From Octopus sinensis (Eukaryota), in assembly GCF_006345805.1 (NCBI RefSeq), contig NC_043024.1:18042001-18106000 (forward strand): a stretch of 64,000 nucleotides of DNA, given 5' to 3'. Positions 40,218 to 52,720 of the stretch are shown here, in pieces. A program made the translations under genes and the position numbers. Numbering within the stretch: position 1 is the stretch's first letter; each line of letters starts with the position of its first letter. The notes beneath the pieces are model-generated. The model worked only from the letters and a program-made list of their open reading frames with translations, did not search any database and was not told the origin of the DNA.

Positions 40218-40440
40218 CACAAGGAGGTGTTGAAAAATTCCTGGTTTTAAAGGTATCATGAAAAGCCTGGATGGAGGGCCAACCTTCTGAAATCTATTAG
40301 AGGGCTTAGATAAACTGAAGAGAACTGCTGCAATAAGTGTGTGAATCTGAGAGGGGAATATGTTGAATAAAATCATAATCAACTGATCTTCCTTTATTTT
40401 CGTTTACCCAAAGCCAGGAACTTTTACGTGCACCCTCGTG
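40218..40440 (+). mobile_element. Mariner-derived MITE
   Basis: TA-flanked imperfect TIRs (gaaaaattcctggtttt / aaagccaggaacttt) and residual transposase end CCNKCVNLRGEYVE*. Confidence 0.7.
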
Positions 40441-41749
40441 TACTTAAAAATATATGCATACATATATATATAGATATATATATATATATGTATAACATCA
40501 TCATCATCATCTTCGTTTAACGTCCGCTTTCCATGCTGGCATGGGTTGGACGATTTGACTGAGGATTGGCGAACCAGATGGCTGCACCAGGCTCCGATCT
40601 GATCTGGCAGAGTTTCTACAGATGGATGCCCTTCCTAACACCAACCACTCCGAGAGTGTAGTGGGTGCTTTTACATGCCACCGGCACCAGGACCAGTCAG
40701 GCGGTACTGGCAACAACCATGCTCAAATGGTGTTTTTTACATTCCACCTGCACAGGAGCCAGTCCAGCAGCACTGGCAATGACCTTGCTTAAATAATTTT
40801 TCACGTGCCACCAGCACAAGTGCCAGTAAGACAATGCTGGTAACAATCATGCTCAAATGGTGCTTTTTATGTGCCACCAGCACGGAAGCCAGTCAGTTAC
40901 TCTGGCAATGATCATTCTCAGATGGTGCTCTTAGTGCTCCACTAGCACAGATGCCAGTCATCGAATTTGATTTCGGTACACGATGGGCTTCTTTTCAGTT
41001 TCCATCTACCAAATCCACTCACAAGGCTTTGGTTGGCCCAAGGCTATAGTAGAAGAGACTTGCCCAAGCTTCCACGCAATGGGACTGAACCCAGAACCAT
41101 GTGGTTTGAAAGCAAGCTTCTTATTTCTTTATTGCCCACATGGGGCTAAACATAGAGGGAACAAACAAGGACAAACAAAGGGGTTAAGTCAATTACATTG
41201 ACACCAGTGTGTAAATGGTACTTAATTTATCGACCACGAAAGGATGAAAGGCAAAGTCGACCTTGGCGGAATTTGAACTCAGGACATAACTGCAAACGAA
41301 ATACTGCTAAGCATTTCGCCTGGCATGCTAACATTTCTGCCAGCTTGCTACCTTACCACACAGTCACTCCTGTGCCTAAAAATAAATAAATAAATTTAAA
41401 AATTGATTTTTGGACATGGGGCAGTTATATGTACGATAACTATGGCAGCCTCTGGCAATATAGGCCCTTCCCCTCAGACCCAGGCATCCACTTCTTGCCT
41501 CTGTCTCTCAGTCACTTTCAAGCATCAGTTGCATTCGAATGAAAACAGTGTTGGAAAATATAAATCCAACATATGACCAGATCGATCAATTGGACTGGAA
41601 CTTGGTCATAAGTTGAGAAGCTGTCTATATACTAACATTCTTCTTTCTTACCAATAAAAACAGTGGAATTCTTTCAAGATAGTACTTTATACATTATACA
41701 GATATATAATACACACACACACACACATATATACATATGATCGCTAGCC

Positions 41750-41925
41750 ACTACACATTCTTTATTTTCTCTCCTTGTTTCTTTGTGTTCCTTTCTGTGG
41801 AAGAGCATAGGCTCAAAACGTTAAAGACTTTTTCACTTTCTGAGCGTTAAACTAATACATCTGTTGGTTGTCTACACCACCTGTCTTCGTCTTTTGTTTT
41901 TTTATGAATTCTCCCTCTATATACA
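41750..41925 (+). mobile_element. PLE-like terminal-repeat element with variant hammerhead-like motif
   Basis: Homologous to 58935-59125; contains cttt-ctgtgga-a-gagc-atag-gctc-aaaac-gtt-aaag at 41791-41826. Confidence 0.5.
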
Positions 41926-41935
41926 TATATATATA

Positions 41936-43069
41936 CTAGCAGAGATACCCGGCATTGCCCGTGTTACATTCAATTGAAGAATTAGACTTTTCTGTTATAT
42001 TTTCTGTAATGAACTGGAATATCTATGTTTCGAATTTCATCAGAATTGCAGATGAGGGTTATTTCCCTCTTTACACACCCTAAAAAAATTGTAATCGTGA
42101 TACATGTATCCCATACTACTGTGTTTTATGCACATATTCCAAAATTCCAGTCTTATTGAACCTGTTAAAAGGATTTTGCACCTGAAAAGTTAAAAAGATC
42201 ATGGAGCTCTAAAATGTGAGAGTTAAGACCCCTGTTGGGGGTAGGTGTCTTAATGTCAAGAAGAGAAGTTAAATTATTGAGAATCTTTTAAACTTATATC
42301 TATTGTTTGAATTTCTTTGAAATAGGAAATATATGTTCACTGGGTTTGTAAAAGAGAGCAAAGCTATAGGAAACCAATGATCACAATAAGCAGTCAGCTA
42401 CCCTACCCTAGTCGTTACCACTCCCATTGTAGGATTCCTCACCATCCAGGTGATTGACAAAGCCATAAGAATCTATAGCAATTGGAAGGGCGTGACCCAA
42501 CTGAAATAAACATTATCAACTGTGTGATGTGCGGGCTAAGGAGAAATGAAAGTGTCACCTCTGGAGTTTGCAAATGACCACTATACTGATACGTAACTGG
42601 ACAGAATAAATTTACAGTCTATAAATGTCTTTGAATAACCAGTTACTCATCTGGGAAGGCCTTGAAATCAATGTTACCATCTGGGGACTATGTGTGACCC
42701 AGTGATAATAAAAAGACTGAAATGAGGTCTGTAATCAAATAACTTTACTCAACACTTTGCAACTGAATCAGTGGAAGCAAAGATGCCTCTCATTTACTTG
42801 ACAATTTATGCAGTACATTGCAGAAATCACAATGTAAGTGTATGTCAAAGCAAAGTGTTACATTGTTGTACCATTGAATTACAAATAATGCTCATCTTTT
42901 ATGCTCGGGTGACCCTACAGCTTCCAAGAGTACAACTGTATTCGTCTTTGCTTAGATAAAATGACTAAATTGTGGGTGTTAAGTCCCCATGGAGGGGTCT
43001 TTCTAACTTGTAAGAAGATGAAATTCTATAAATATTACTTCATTTGTATCTAATATGTATGGTTAAAAT

Positions 43070-43102
<33 letters not shown>
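41936..43102 (-). mobile_element. Non-autonomous Helitron-like element
   Basis: Minus-strand 3' end cacgggcaatgccgggtatctctgCTAG|T; candidate 5' TCtatatata near 43100. The 5' boundary is uncertain. Confidence 0.5.
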
Positions 43103-43129
<27 letters not shown>

Positions 43130-43139
43130 TAGATCTATA

Positions 43140-43725
43140 CACACACATACAAAGATAAATTGGTAGATACAATTGAGTGGGCAAACAAAAATATGAGCCT
43201 AGTACTTTTTTTTATGTTGATAAACCTGGTCCTTATTCTATTAGTTTGTTCTTGTGAAACCAGAAATTTATGGGGATGTAAATAAATGAACAGCAGTTGT
43301 GAAGCAGTGATGAGAGTGAAACATAGAGACAAAGACACATACATACACTTACATATATACATACATATATATATATATATATACGATTGATTTGTTTCAA
43401 TTCCTGTCTACAAAATCCATATATATATATATATGCATGTATGTATACACACACAGACACACACACACAAAGATAAATTGATAGATACAACTGAGTGGGC
43501 AAACAAAAATATGAGACACTGCCTAGTGTTTTTTTTTATTTTTATAAGCCTGGTACTTATTCTATCAGTTTCTTCTTGTGAAACCAGTAAGTTATGGGGA
43601 TATAAATAAACAAACACGAATTGTGAAGCAGTGATGAGGGAGAAACACAAAGACACACACTTAGACTTACATATATACATACATACAATTGATTTCTTTC
43701 AGTTTCTGTATACAAAATCCACTGA
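43140..43725. repeat. Old ~315-bp tandem duplication containing part of a SINE A
   Basis: aaagataaattg.tagataca..tgagtgggcaaacaaaaatatgag and following sequence occur twice with many substitutions. Confidence 0.75.
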
Positions 43726-44063
43726 CAAGGCTTTGGTTGGTCTGAGGCTATAGCAGAAGACACATGCCAAGTTACCACACAGTGGGACTGAACTCGGGAC
43801 CATGTGTTTTGGAACCAAGTTTGTTACCACACAGCCACACCTGCACCTATGTATGTGTGGGTGTGTGTATAGGTGTATAAATGTATTCATGTATATATGT
43901 GTATATATATATATATGTACATATTACATGTACATCTATATATATATATATATATATATACATCTACACATACATATATACATATACATCTATATCTATA
44001 GAAATACATATACATCTATATATATATACATGTATACATAAACATCTATATATATATATGTGT

Positions 44064-44094
<31 letters not shown>

Positions 44095-44185
44095 ATATAT
44101 ATATATATGTGTGTATATATATACACATCCATATATATACATATTGTCTACTTGAATGTTTTGTGTTCTTGTCCCATTTTGTATT

Positions 44186-44217
<32 letters not shown>

Positions 44218-44388
44218 AATATTAGGGAATATATCCAAATTTACAGGGAAAAAAATCAGATTTAGGATTAAATCAATTTTATAGTAAAATATTATAAAAT
44301 ATTATTTGAGACAAAACCACTATTTTGCAAAACAAACAAGGAAAGACTTAATCAATACATAAAATTTAATAAATAGTCAAAAAAACCG

Positions 44389-44431
44389 CCACTACAATCG
44401 TTTCTTGTCTTGATCGACAATCTTCAGGTGG
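44389..44431 (-). ncRNA. Minimal type-I hammerhead ribozyme motif (minus copy)
   Basis: Exact reverse complement of 44697-44739. Confidence 0.7.
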
Positions 44432-44696
44432 ACTTCCAATAATTCAGTTACAACGGCACTGTAAATTATATCATGTATTTGGCTTCTTATTATGTTAGGA
44501 GCGACTGTGCGGTGTTCTAAAGGAGACATTTGTCACCAACTCCTTACATACGGTCGTATATCCCTACAATCTGTAACTGGACATCCATTTTGCTAGAAGA
44601 AGATCCGCTATGGTCTTATAATGCTACACCACTGCTTTTAATTTCATACTAATCAAATTTATATTCAATTTTTCACGTAACTGAATTATTGGAAGT

Positions 44697-44739
44697 CCAC
44701 CTGAAGATTGTCGATCAAGACAAGAAACGATTGTAGTGG
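44697..44739 (+). ncRNA. Minimal type-I hammerhead ribozyme motif
   Basis: ccac-CTGAAGA-ttgtc-gatcaa-gacaa-GAAA-c-gatt-GTA-gtgg: complete core, 5-bp stem II, 4-bp stem I, self-complementary stem/loop III; predicted cut after 44735. Confidence 0.7.
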
Positions 44740-44872
44740 CGGTTTTTTTGACTATTTATTAAATTTTATGTATTGATTAAGTCTTTCCTTGTTTGTTTTG
44801 CAAAATAGTGGTTTTGTCTCAAATAATATTTTATATATATATATATATATATACACACATCTATATGTATAC

Positions 44873-44903
<31 letters not shown>

Positions 44904-45156
44904 GCATGTAAATTTAAATTTAAAATAATAAGGGTGAAAAATTGAATATAAATTTGATTAGTATGAAATTAAAAGCAGTGGTGTAGCATTATAAGACCAT
45001 AGCGGATCTTCTTCTAGCAAAATGGATGTCCAGTTACAGATTGTAGGGATATACGACCGTATGTAAGGAGTTGGTGACAAATGTCTCCTTTAGAACACCG
45101 CACAGTCGCTCCTAACATAATAAGAAGCCAAATACATGATATAATTTACAGTGCCG

Positions 45157-46085
45157 ATAGGAATAAATGAGGACAACAAACCATTCTACTGTTTGAGAGA
45201 GAAGAAGACTTTATTCACAATGTGTACAAAGTGAAAGTGTTGTGAGTGCTAGTGAAGTGTTGTATATATGTGCATGCGACAAGTTTTTGTGTCTGTGTGC
45301 AACAGAAGGTACAGACAATAGTGTATGAACATAAAACAGAAATACAGAGCATAAGATGAATGTCTCAGCATATTGAGTAAAGATAGAAATTGTTTACCAG
45401 TTCATGAGGTACACAATAGTAAGTTCTATAACAAGATGTTGGCGGTCAGTTGGTAGAGGCCAGTTACTACACGTGTAGAAGTTGTGGCCTCAATGCCGTG
45501 CCGAGTCTCTTGATACAGATATTCTTCAGGTTAACTGACTGTTTCTTCTCGGTGAAAGATTCACACAAACAGCGTAGAGTTAAACCTGGTCGAGTGTTGA
45601 TGTGTACGTGTTGAAGTTGACGGTGATGGAGATGACATAAAGTTGAAGTACAACAAGGGTGAAGATGGCGGCAGAGATGGAGATCGTCCTGTCTGTCACT
45701 GGTGTAGAATAGCATCTTCATGACTGGAGCAGTAGCATTGTTGGCTGGCTGGTTGTCTGTCGCTGGAACTGGAACATAGCTGAATAGCTCTGTGGTCAGT
45801 TACTAGACCTTAAAAGACATAGAATAGTGAAAGCTGACCTATTTAAAGGGTTAAAATGGCTCAAAAAAGGGCATCGGAAACACAGTGTCATGAGACCTTA
45901 TCCAAAGGCCATGATTGGTTGGCTTACACACTGGCACGAAATAAGTAGAGAGACAGACCGCTCCAAATGCTAACCAATCAGAGCAGTGGACACAACAGGG
46001 TCAAACTAGCCAAAGATGGTTGTTATCTGAAATGAGATCATTCCTAATGTGTCTCTCAAACAGTGAGGATATCAGTATCGCTACA
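45157..46085 (-). mobile_element. Probable solo LTR
   Basis: Minus strand starts TGtagcgata, has CCAAT-type boxes and a tttaaata box, AATAAA about 60 nt from the end and a U5-like pyrimidine tail; terminal CA missing and no TSD found. Confidence 0.45.
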
Positions 46086-46218
46086 AGTTCATCCCTGTTA
46101 TATAATAGTTTCACTTTGATTAAGAGTTTCAGTATTAAAGTGAAAGTATCTGACATTACAATAGGGAAATATTTTTCTTTCACTTTTGACACGTAATACT
46201 GAAATAGTGGAGAAGATA

Positions 46219-47502
46219 CGAGGGGCGTTCAATAAGTAATGCCCCTGACCCACTTCCCATAGCAGTAGAGCAACGAAACTTGGCACAGTTATTAGTCTTT
46301 TTCTACATAGGAACCACCCAGAGTTACGCATTTCTCCCATTGTTTGATGCAGCTCTGGAGACCGTTTTTGTAGAAGACCCCAGCTTGGTCCTCCAACCTG
46401 AACGTGACTTCAGAAATCAAGGCTGCATCATCTGGGAAACGCTTTCCTTTCAAAAACAACTTCATGACTGGGAAGAGGTGAAAATCAGAGGGTGCAAGGT
46501 CAGGAAAGTAGGGGGATGGGAGGGGAGTTCATAGCCATACGCCTGTGCTTCTGATCTGGCGACAAGCGAGTTGTGGACCGGAGCGTTGTCCTGCAGGAGG
46601 AGGATGCCTTTGCTGATCTTGCCCCGCCTCTTGATTTTGATAACTTCTCTTAATTTCCTCAAAAGTGAAGCATAATAAGCTCCTGCAATTGTGGTACCCT
46701 TTGCCAGGAAATCTGTCATCACTACTCCGTCCTGGTCCCAGAAGACTGTGAGCATGACCTTGCCAGCGGAGGGCTGCACCCTTGCCTTCTTTGGAGGGGG
46801 TGAGTCACGGTGCTTCCACTGCATTGACTGGGCTTTGGTCTCTGGATCATCGTGATGGACCCAGGTTTCATCCTGTGTAATCAGTCTTTTGAAAAATTTT
46901 GACTCATCTTCTTGGCACATCTCCAAATTCACCCTCGAGCACTCGACGCGTTCTTGCTTCTGGAAAGGCATGAGCAACATGGGAATCCATCTGGCAGACA
47001 CCTTTTGCATATGCAAATGGTCATAAATGATAGTTTCCACAGACCCGGTACTAATCTTGACCTCATGGGCTATTTGGCGAATAATTATGCGTCGATCTTC
47101 CAAAATGGCAGCCTCAACTTGACGGACAGATGCCTCATCAATGGCAGAAGGGGCGACCAGATCTGGGAGCTGTTTCCAGAGAGTTCCGACCATGTTTGAA
47201 TTCACGATGCCAGCGTTTTACAAGGTCATATGATGGGGCATCATCACCATAAGTTACTTTCATTTCATCAAAAGTCTCCCGTGGTGTGCGTCCTTTCAAA
47301 TACAAAAACCGGATCACTGCTCGACACTCAACAGGCTCCATTTCACACTTGACTCGGTTCAAACACCTGTAAATCAGAAACCACGACAGAGCTGTAATTT
47401 GCCACTTACTCTATATAGATATAAATGATTGCACATGCAAAATTTCAGCTAGATCAAACAACTGCAAGTGGGTCAGAGGCATTACTTATTGAACGTCCCT
47501 CG
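46219..47502 (-). mobile_element. Full-length mariner transposon (1284 bp)
   Basis: 36-bp TIRs cgaggggcgttcaataagtaatgcccctgacccact with 2 mismatches; TA duplicated at 46217-46218 and 47503-47504. Confidence 0.95.
46292..47341 (-). pseudogene. Mariner transposase with two frameshifts
   Basis: MEPVECRAVIRFL...RSGRP / fs / ...KVSARWIP...LITQDETW...LLQDNAPVH...HP / fs / YFPDLAPSDFHLF...GGSYVEKD*; all three catalytic aspartates are present. Confidence 0.95.
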
Positions 47503-47509
47503 TATGATA

Positions 47510-47660
47510 TTGCTGTGGGCTCGCCCATGACACTACATGGACCCTAATTAAGGCATGTGTAAAATTTGAATGAAATTGGATGTGTAGTTCTCAAGTTTTA
47601 GGGATTCACACAGACAGACAGACAGACAGACACACACACATTCTCAGTTTTATATGTATT
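47510..47660 (-). mobile_element. 5' fragment of the Helitron family seen at 28996
   Basis: Reverse complement of aaaactgagaatgtgtg..ctgtctgtctg..ccctaaaacttgagaactacaca. Confidence 0.65.
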
Positions 47661-49171
47661 TGTAAATAGCATGTGTCTCTCATAAAAATGAAAAATTTAT
47701 ATTGAAATCTGATTTGTAATTACCATATCATTGCATGACTTGCATTCATGCACAATATGCCACCAGCATATATATATACATATATATATATACGTATACA
47801 CACACACACACACATACATACATACATATATACTACATGTACACACACCTGTGTACATGTGTCATGTCAGTATTTTGACGCTAAACATGTTTTATTGTAC
47901 CTAAATGTATTAAATATAATAATAATAAAGTACATTTAAAAATTCACACAAATAATTTTATTTTGAACCAGAGATATTTACATATTGCATAATATATATT
48001 ATATTATATCATATTATACATCATATCATATTATATGTTATATTATGGGAGTGTCTATGTGGTAAGTAGCTTGCTTATCAACCACATGGTTCCGGGTTCA
48101 GTCCCACTGTGTGGCACTTTGGGCAAGTGTCTTCTACTATAGCCTTGGGCCAACCAAAGACTTGTGAGTGGATTTGGTAGACAGAAACTGAAAGAAGCCC
48201 ATTGTATATATATATATATATACACATATATATATGTGTGTGTGTGTGTTTGTCCCCCCAACATCACTTGACAACCGATGCTAGTGTGTTTACATCCCTG
48301 TAACTGAGATGTTCAGCAAAAGAGACCAATAGTATAAGTACCAACATTACAAAGAATATGTCCTGGGGTCGATTTGTTCGACTAAAGGTAGTACTCCAGC
48401 ATAGCCACAGTCAAATGACAAGTGAAAGAAGTAAAAGAAAAAATATAAGGTGTCAAGCTTACGATCATGAGCTCGAATCCCAGACTGGGCTGCATGTTGT
48501 GTTCTTGAGCAAGACACTTTATTTCACGTTGCTCCAGTTCACTCAGCTGTAGAAATGAGTTGCGATGTCACAGGTGCCAAGCTGTATCGGCCTTTGCATT
48601 TCCCTTGGATAACATCAGTGTCGTGGAAAGGGAAAGGCGGTATACATGGGCAACTGCTGGCTTTCCATAAACAACCTTGCTCGGACTTGTGCCTCGGAGG
48701 GTAACTTTCTAGGTGCAATCCCATGGTCAGTCATGACTGAAGAGAGTTTCAGCATATATATATTATATTATATCATATTATATTAGATTATGGCAGCAGG
48801 GCAATGGCCCAGTGGTTAGGGCAGCGAACTCACAGTTGTAGGATCATGGTTTCAATTCCCAGACCCACCGTTCTGAGTGTATATTGAGTGAAAACCCCTA
48901 AAGCTCCACGAGGCTCCAGCAGGGAGCGGTGGCAAACCCTGCTGTACTCTTTCACTAACCTTTCTCTCACTCTTACTTCCTGTTTCTGTTGTACCTGTAT
49001 TTCGAAGGGCCAACCTTGTCACACTGAATCTCCTCAAGAACTACGTTAAGGGTACACATGTCAGTAGAGTGATCAGCTACTTGCACATTTCATTTCCATC
49101 GATGTTGCAGTGCTAGGATCCTATTGGCAAAAAATATTTCATCCTGTTGCTCTAAATATCATCATCATCAT

Positions 49172-49340
49172 GGCAATACTGGTTCCCAGCCAATTGTTTA
49201 TTCACATTGTGGACAGATGATTGTCAGGTGGGGTCAAATCAGGAGAATGGGAAAGTTGACCAACTAGTTCAAAGCCACAGTCATGCACAGTAGCCATTGA
49301 AGCCAAGGAATTGTACGCTGCGGCATTGTCCTCATGAAAT
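49172..49340 (-). pseudogene. Fragment of a second mariner transposase
   Basis: Minus translation HEDNAAAYNSLASMATVHDCGFELVGQLSHSPDLTPPDNHL (decayed DNA..H..SPDLAPSD region). Confidence 0.7.
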
Positions 49341-52084
49341 ATCATTAGAGCAAATATTCAGCTTAATACCATAGATTTGCTTGTCAATTACTTGGCCTTA
49401 ACCACTTGAGCATGGCCCTTAGCGGCTGACAATCATAGCCATGTGTTGAGAGGAATTCTTTGGGGTTTGATTAAATGTGAGAAAAGCAAAGTTTGAAGGC
49501 AGTATTAGCCGTTTTTCATACTTTGTAAGGGGAAGCAAATAGGAAATAACAGTTGCTACCCAAGGACAAAAATCGTGTTCTACACTGTTATTTATTGACA
49601 TTGTTTTAAATGAATCCTACATAGGCGTAGGAGTGGCTGTGTGGTAAGTAGCTTGCTTACCAGCCACATGGTTCCGGGTTCAGTCTCACTGCGTAGCACC
49701 TTGGGTGTCTTCTACTATAGCTTTGGGCTGACCAAAGCTTTGTGAGTGGATTTGGTAGATGGAAACTGAAAGAAGTCTGTCGTATATATGTATATATATG
49801 TGTGTGTGTGTGTGTTTGTCCCCTCAACATCGCTTGACAACTGATGCTGGTGTGTTTACATCCCTGTAACTTAGTGGTTCAGCAAAAGAGACTGATAGAA
49901 CAAGTACTAGGCTTACAAAGAATAAGTCCTGGGGTCAATTTGCTCAACCAGCATGGCCACAGTCAAATGACTGAAACAAATAAAAGAAAGTACATTATCT
50001 TGTGAAGGCACATGGCTCAGTGGTTAGAGCATCGAGCTTACAATTATGAGGTTGTGAGTTCAATTCCGTGGCCAGGTTGTGTGTTGTGTTCTTGAGCAAG
50101 ACACTTTATTTCGCATTGCTCTTGTTCACTCAGTTGTAGGAATGAGTTGCATTGTCCCTGATGCCAAGCTATATTGGCCCCTTTTTGCTTTTCCCTTGGA
50201 TAACATCAGTGGTGAGGGGAGGCTGGTATGCATGGACAACTGCTGGTCTTCTATAAACAACCTTGCCCGGACATGTGCCTTGGAGGGTAACTTTCTAGGT
50301 GCAATTCCATAGTCATTCATGACCGAAGGGGGTCACCCCTTTCACAATATCTTATAGCTTCAATTTTTCAATAGTGTGAGAGGTCTAATCAGGCCAGTTT
50401 GAACATGAAACAAGTTGAATATTTGAGCTGGATATGACCGGTTTAAATGCTACAGGGTGAAAGCAACTAATCATATCTGCTACTCTCCTGCTCAGATGGG
50501 AGGACGCTTCTGTCTTGTGACTTATAAGGCAACTTCATTAGTCTTGATGTCACTAAAATAGCATCCCAGTACACTGTGTAAAATGGTTGGCATTAGGAGA
50601 GGGGCACCCAACTATAGAACCCATGTCAGAACCAAAACACAGGAGCAAAACGTGGTTCTCCAACTCACTGGAACTTATCAAAATAATATCCATCTCATAC
50701 AAGGATGGAAAATAGTGTTAAATGCTGGTGTTGATGATGATGATGATGATGATGATGATTGTGGTGGTGGTATTATTATATACGATCCATTCACTATTTA
50801 AAAGGAATATTCTTCTTCTTATTATTATTATTGTGAAAGTTGGAGAATAGAGACAAAATTAATCCATATTGTAAATTTTTAAAGAATTGTTTTTTTATTT
50901 CATTTTATTTATTATGTGGAAAGCTTCAATATGCATTTCAAATTTACCATCTTCAGATTCCTAACTCCAACAATATCACAATAAAAAATATAAAAGAACC
51001 AAAAAAGAAGTTAGTTTCTTGGAATGCTCATCACTCCCCCACCTTCTCTCAATTTTTGCAAAAATGTAAATGAAGATTATTTGATAAATCATCCTGATGA
51101 AACCAGATTATCAACCACAATCTGAATCAGATTATAATATCACATATGAAATATTTACCAACATATTAGTTAAGGGTTCATAATTTTAACCCTTTTCATT
51201 AAAGAACTGGCTTCAAATCATTCTATAGATTCCTGATGTGAAGCTGACCATTTTAAGGTGTTTAAGCTTAAACTTTCTGTTGTTGTTTCATGGGAGAACT
51301 ACACTTTGATATTAACCAAAAGTCTGGGATAAAAAGGTCTTGTGATATTAGTTCCAGCCCTTTATGTTCTGTGTTCAAATCACACCAAGGTCATCTTTGC
51401 TGCACTGGGGTTTCTCTTTAATCTTTTACTTGTTTTAATCATTAGACTGTGGCCATGCTGGGACACCACTTCAAAGAATTTATAGTCAAATGAATCAACC
51501 CCAGTACATTTTTTTTGTAAGCCTGGTAGTTACTGTATTGATCTCTTTTGCCAAACTATTAAGTTACAAGGATGTAAACACACCCACACTAGCTGTCGAG
51601 CAGTAGTGGTGGGGGGAAAAAACATAGACAGAGAGACACACATACATAGATATATACATATATACAATGGGCTTCTTTTCAGTTTCCATCTGTCAAATCA
51701 ACTCACAAGGCCTGAGACTATTATTAGAAGACACTTGATCTAGGGCCACGCAGTGGTACAGACCCCAGGTCTATGTGCTGGTGGTGGCAGCAGTAGAAGT
51801 GGTAGTGTTGGAAATGGCCGAGGTGGTGGTGGTGGTGTTCTGTAACAGTCTATCATTCAGTTGATCAAAAAACTGGAGACTCAATCATTTCATAGAAATT
51901 ACCAGAATAGTCAGTTTGTCATGGCCACCATAAATTGTTCAATGAACGCTACATGTTACCTCTTCCCTTTGTGATGTGAAGGAGACACCACTGTTGTTTA
52001 TATCGCATCAAGTAGGGCAAGCAACTACTTGAGAGGTTTTCCTCACTTATTCTTGATTATCTTCTGCATACTGTTGTCATCGTT

Positions 52085-52221
52085 CATTTATCATCATTGT
52101 TGTTGATCTCATCATCATCATCATCTTCTTCTTCTTCTTTTTCTTCTTCTTCTACTTCTTCTCTTCTCCTTCTTCTACTTCTTCTTCTCCTTCTTCTTCT
52201 ACTTCTTCTTCTTCTTTTCTT

Positions 52222-52280
<59 letters not shown>

Positions 52281-52318
52281 CATCGTTATTATTATTATTA
52301 TCATTATTATTATTATTG
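52085..52318. repeat. (CTT)n/(TAT)n microsatellite
   Basis: Directly visible. Confidence 0.95.
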
Positions 52319-52685
52319 AGTGAGAAAGCAGTGCATGCCATCAAAGTGACACTGGGGTAAAATATACGAAGCCCAGTATACCCATCATGACTACCCATCT
52401 GATAAGGGTACACTAGGCACATACATCACAACCATATGTGCACAACGTGGTGATCACATCAAGCTAAACAGCACATGACCTTTCAGGTGGGGCCTAGTTA
52501 GAATTTTCTTCTGGTCGAGTAGCCCATCCCGCTCAAAAGGTCCCTGAATAAGGATTGTTTAAGGATGTTAAATGAACCACCCATGTTTCCAGAGGTGAAT
52601 TATTCAAACCCCAAAGAATCCCTCCCAATATATGGCCATGATGCTCCCCCACTACTTCTGCTCATGATCATCAGCCACTAAGGGA
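52319..52685 (-). mobile_element. Interspersed repeat family G embedded in (TTA)n
   Basis: Overlaps in sequence with 63805-64000 (atgatgctcccc..actacttctgctc..cagccactaag); related pieces at 27097-27217 and about 49350-49480. Confidence 0.6.
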
Positions 52686-52686
52686 C

Positions 52687-52720
<34 letters not shown>

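Larger units (their letters stand above)
44293..45156. mobile_element. Composite inverted-repeat element A-B-A'-spacer-B'
   Basis: A 44293-44451 is the reverse complement of A' 44677-44835 (159 bp). B 44454-44676 is the reverse complement of B' 44934-45156 (223 bp). No mismatches noticed by eye. Confidence 0.9.
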
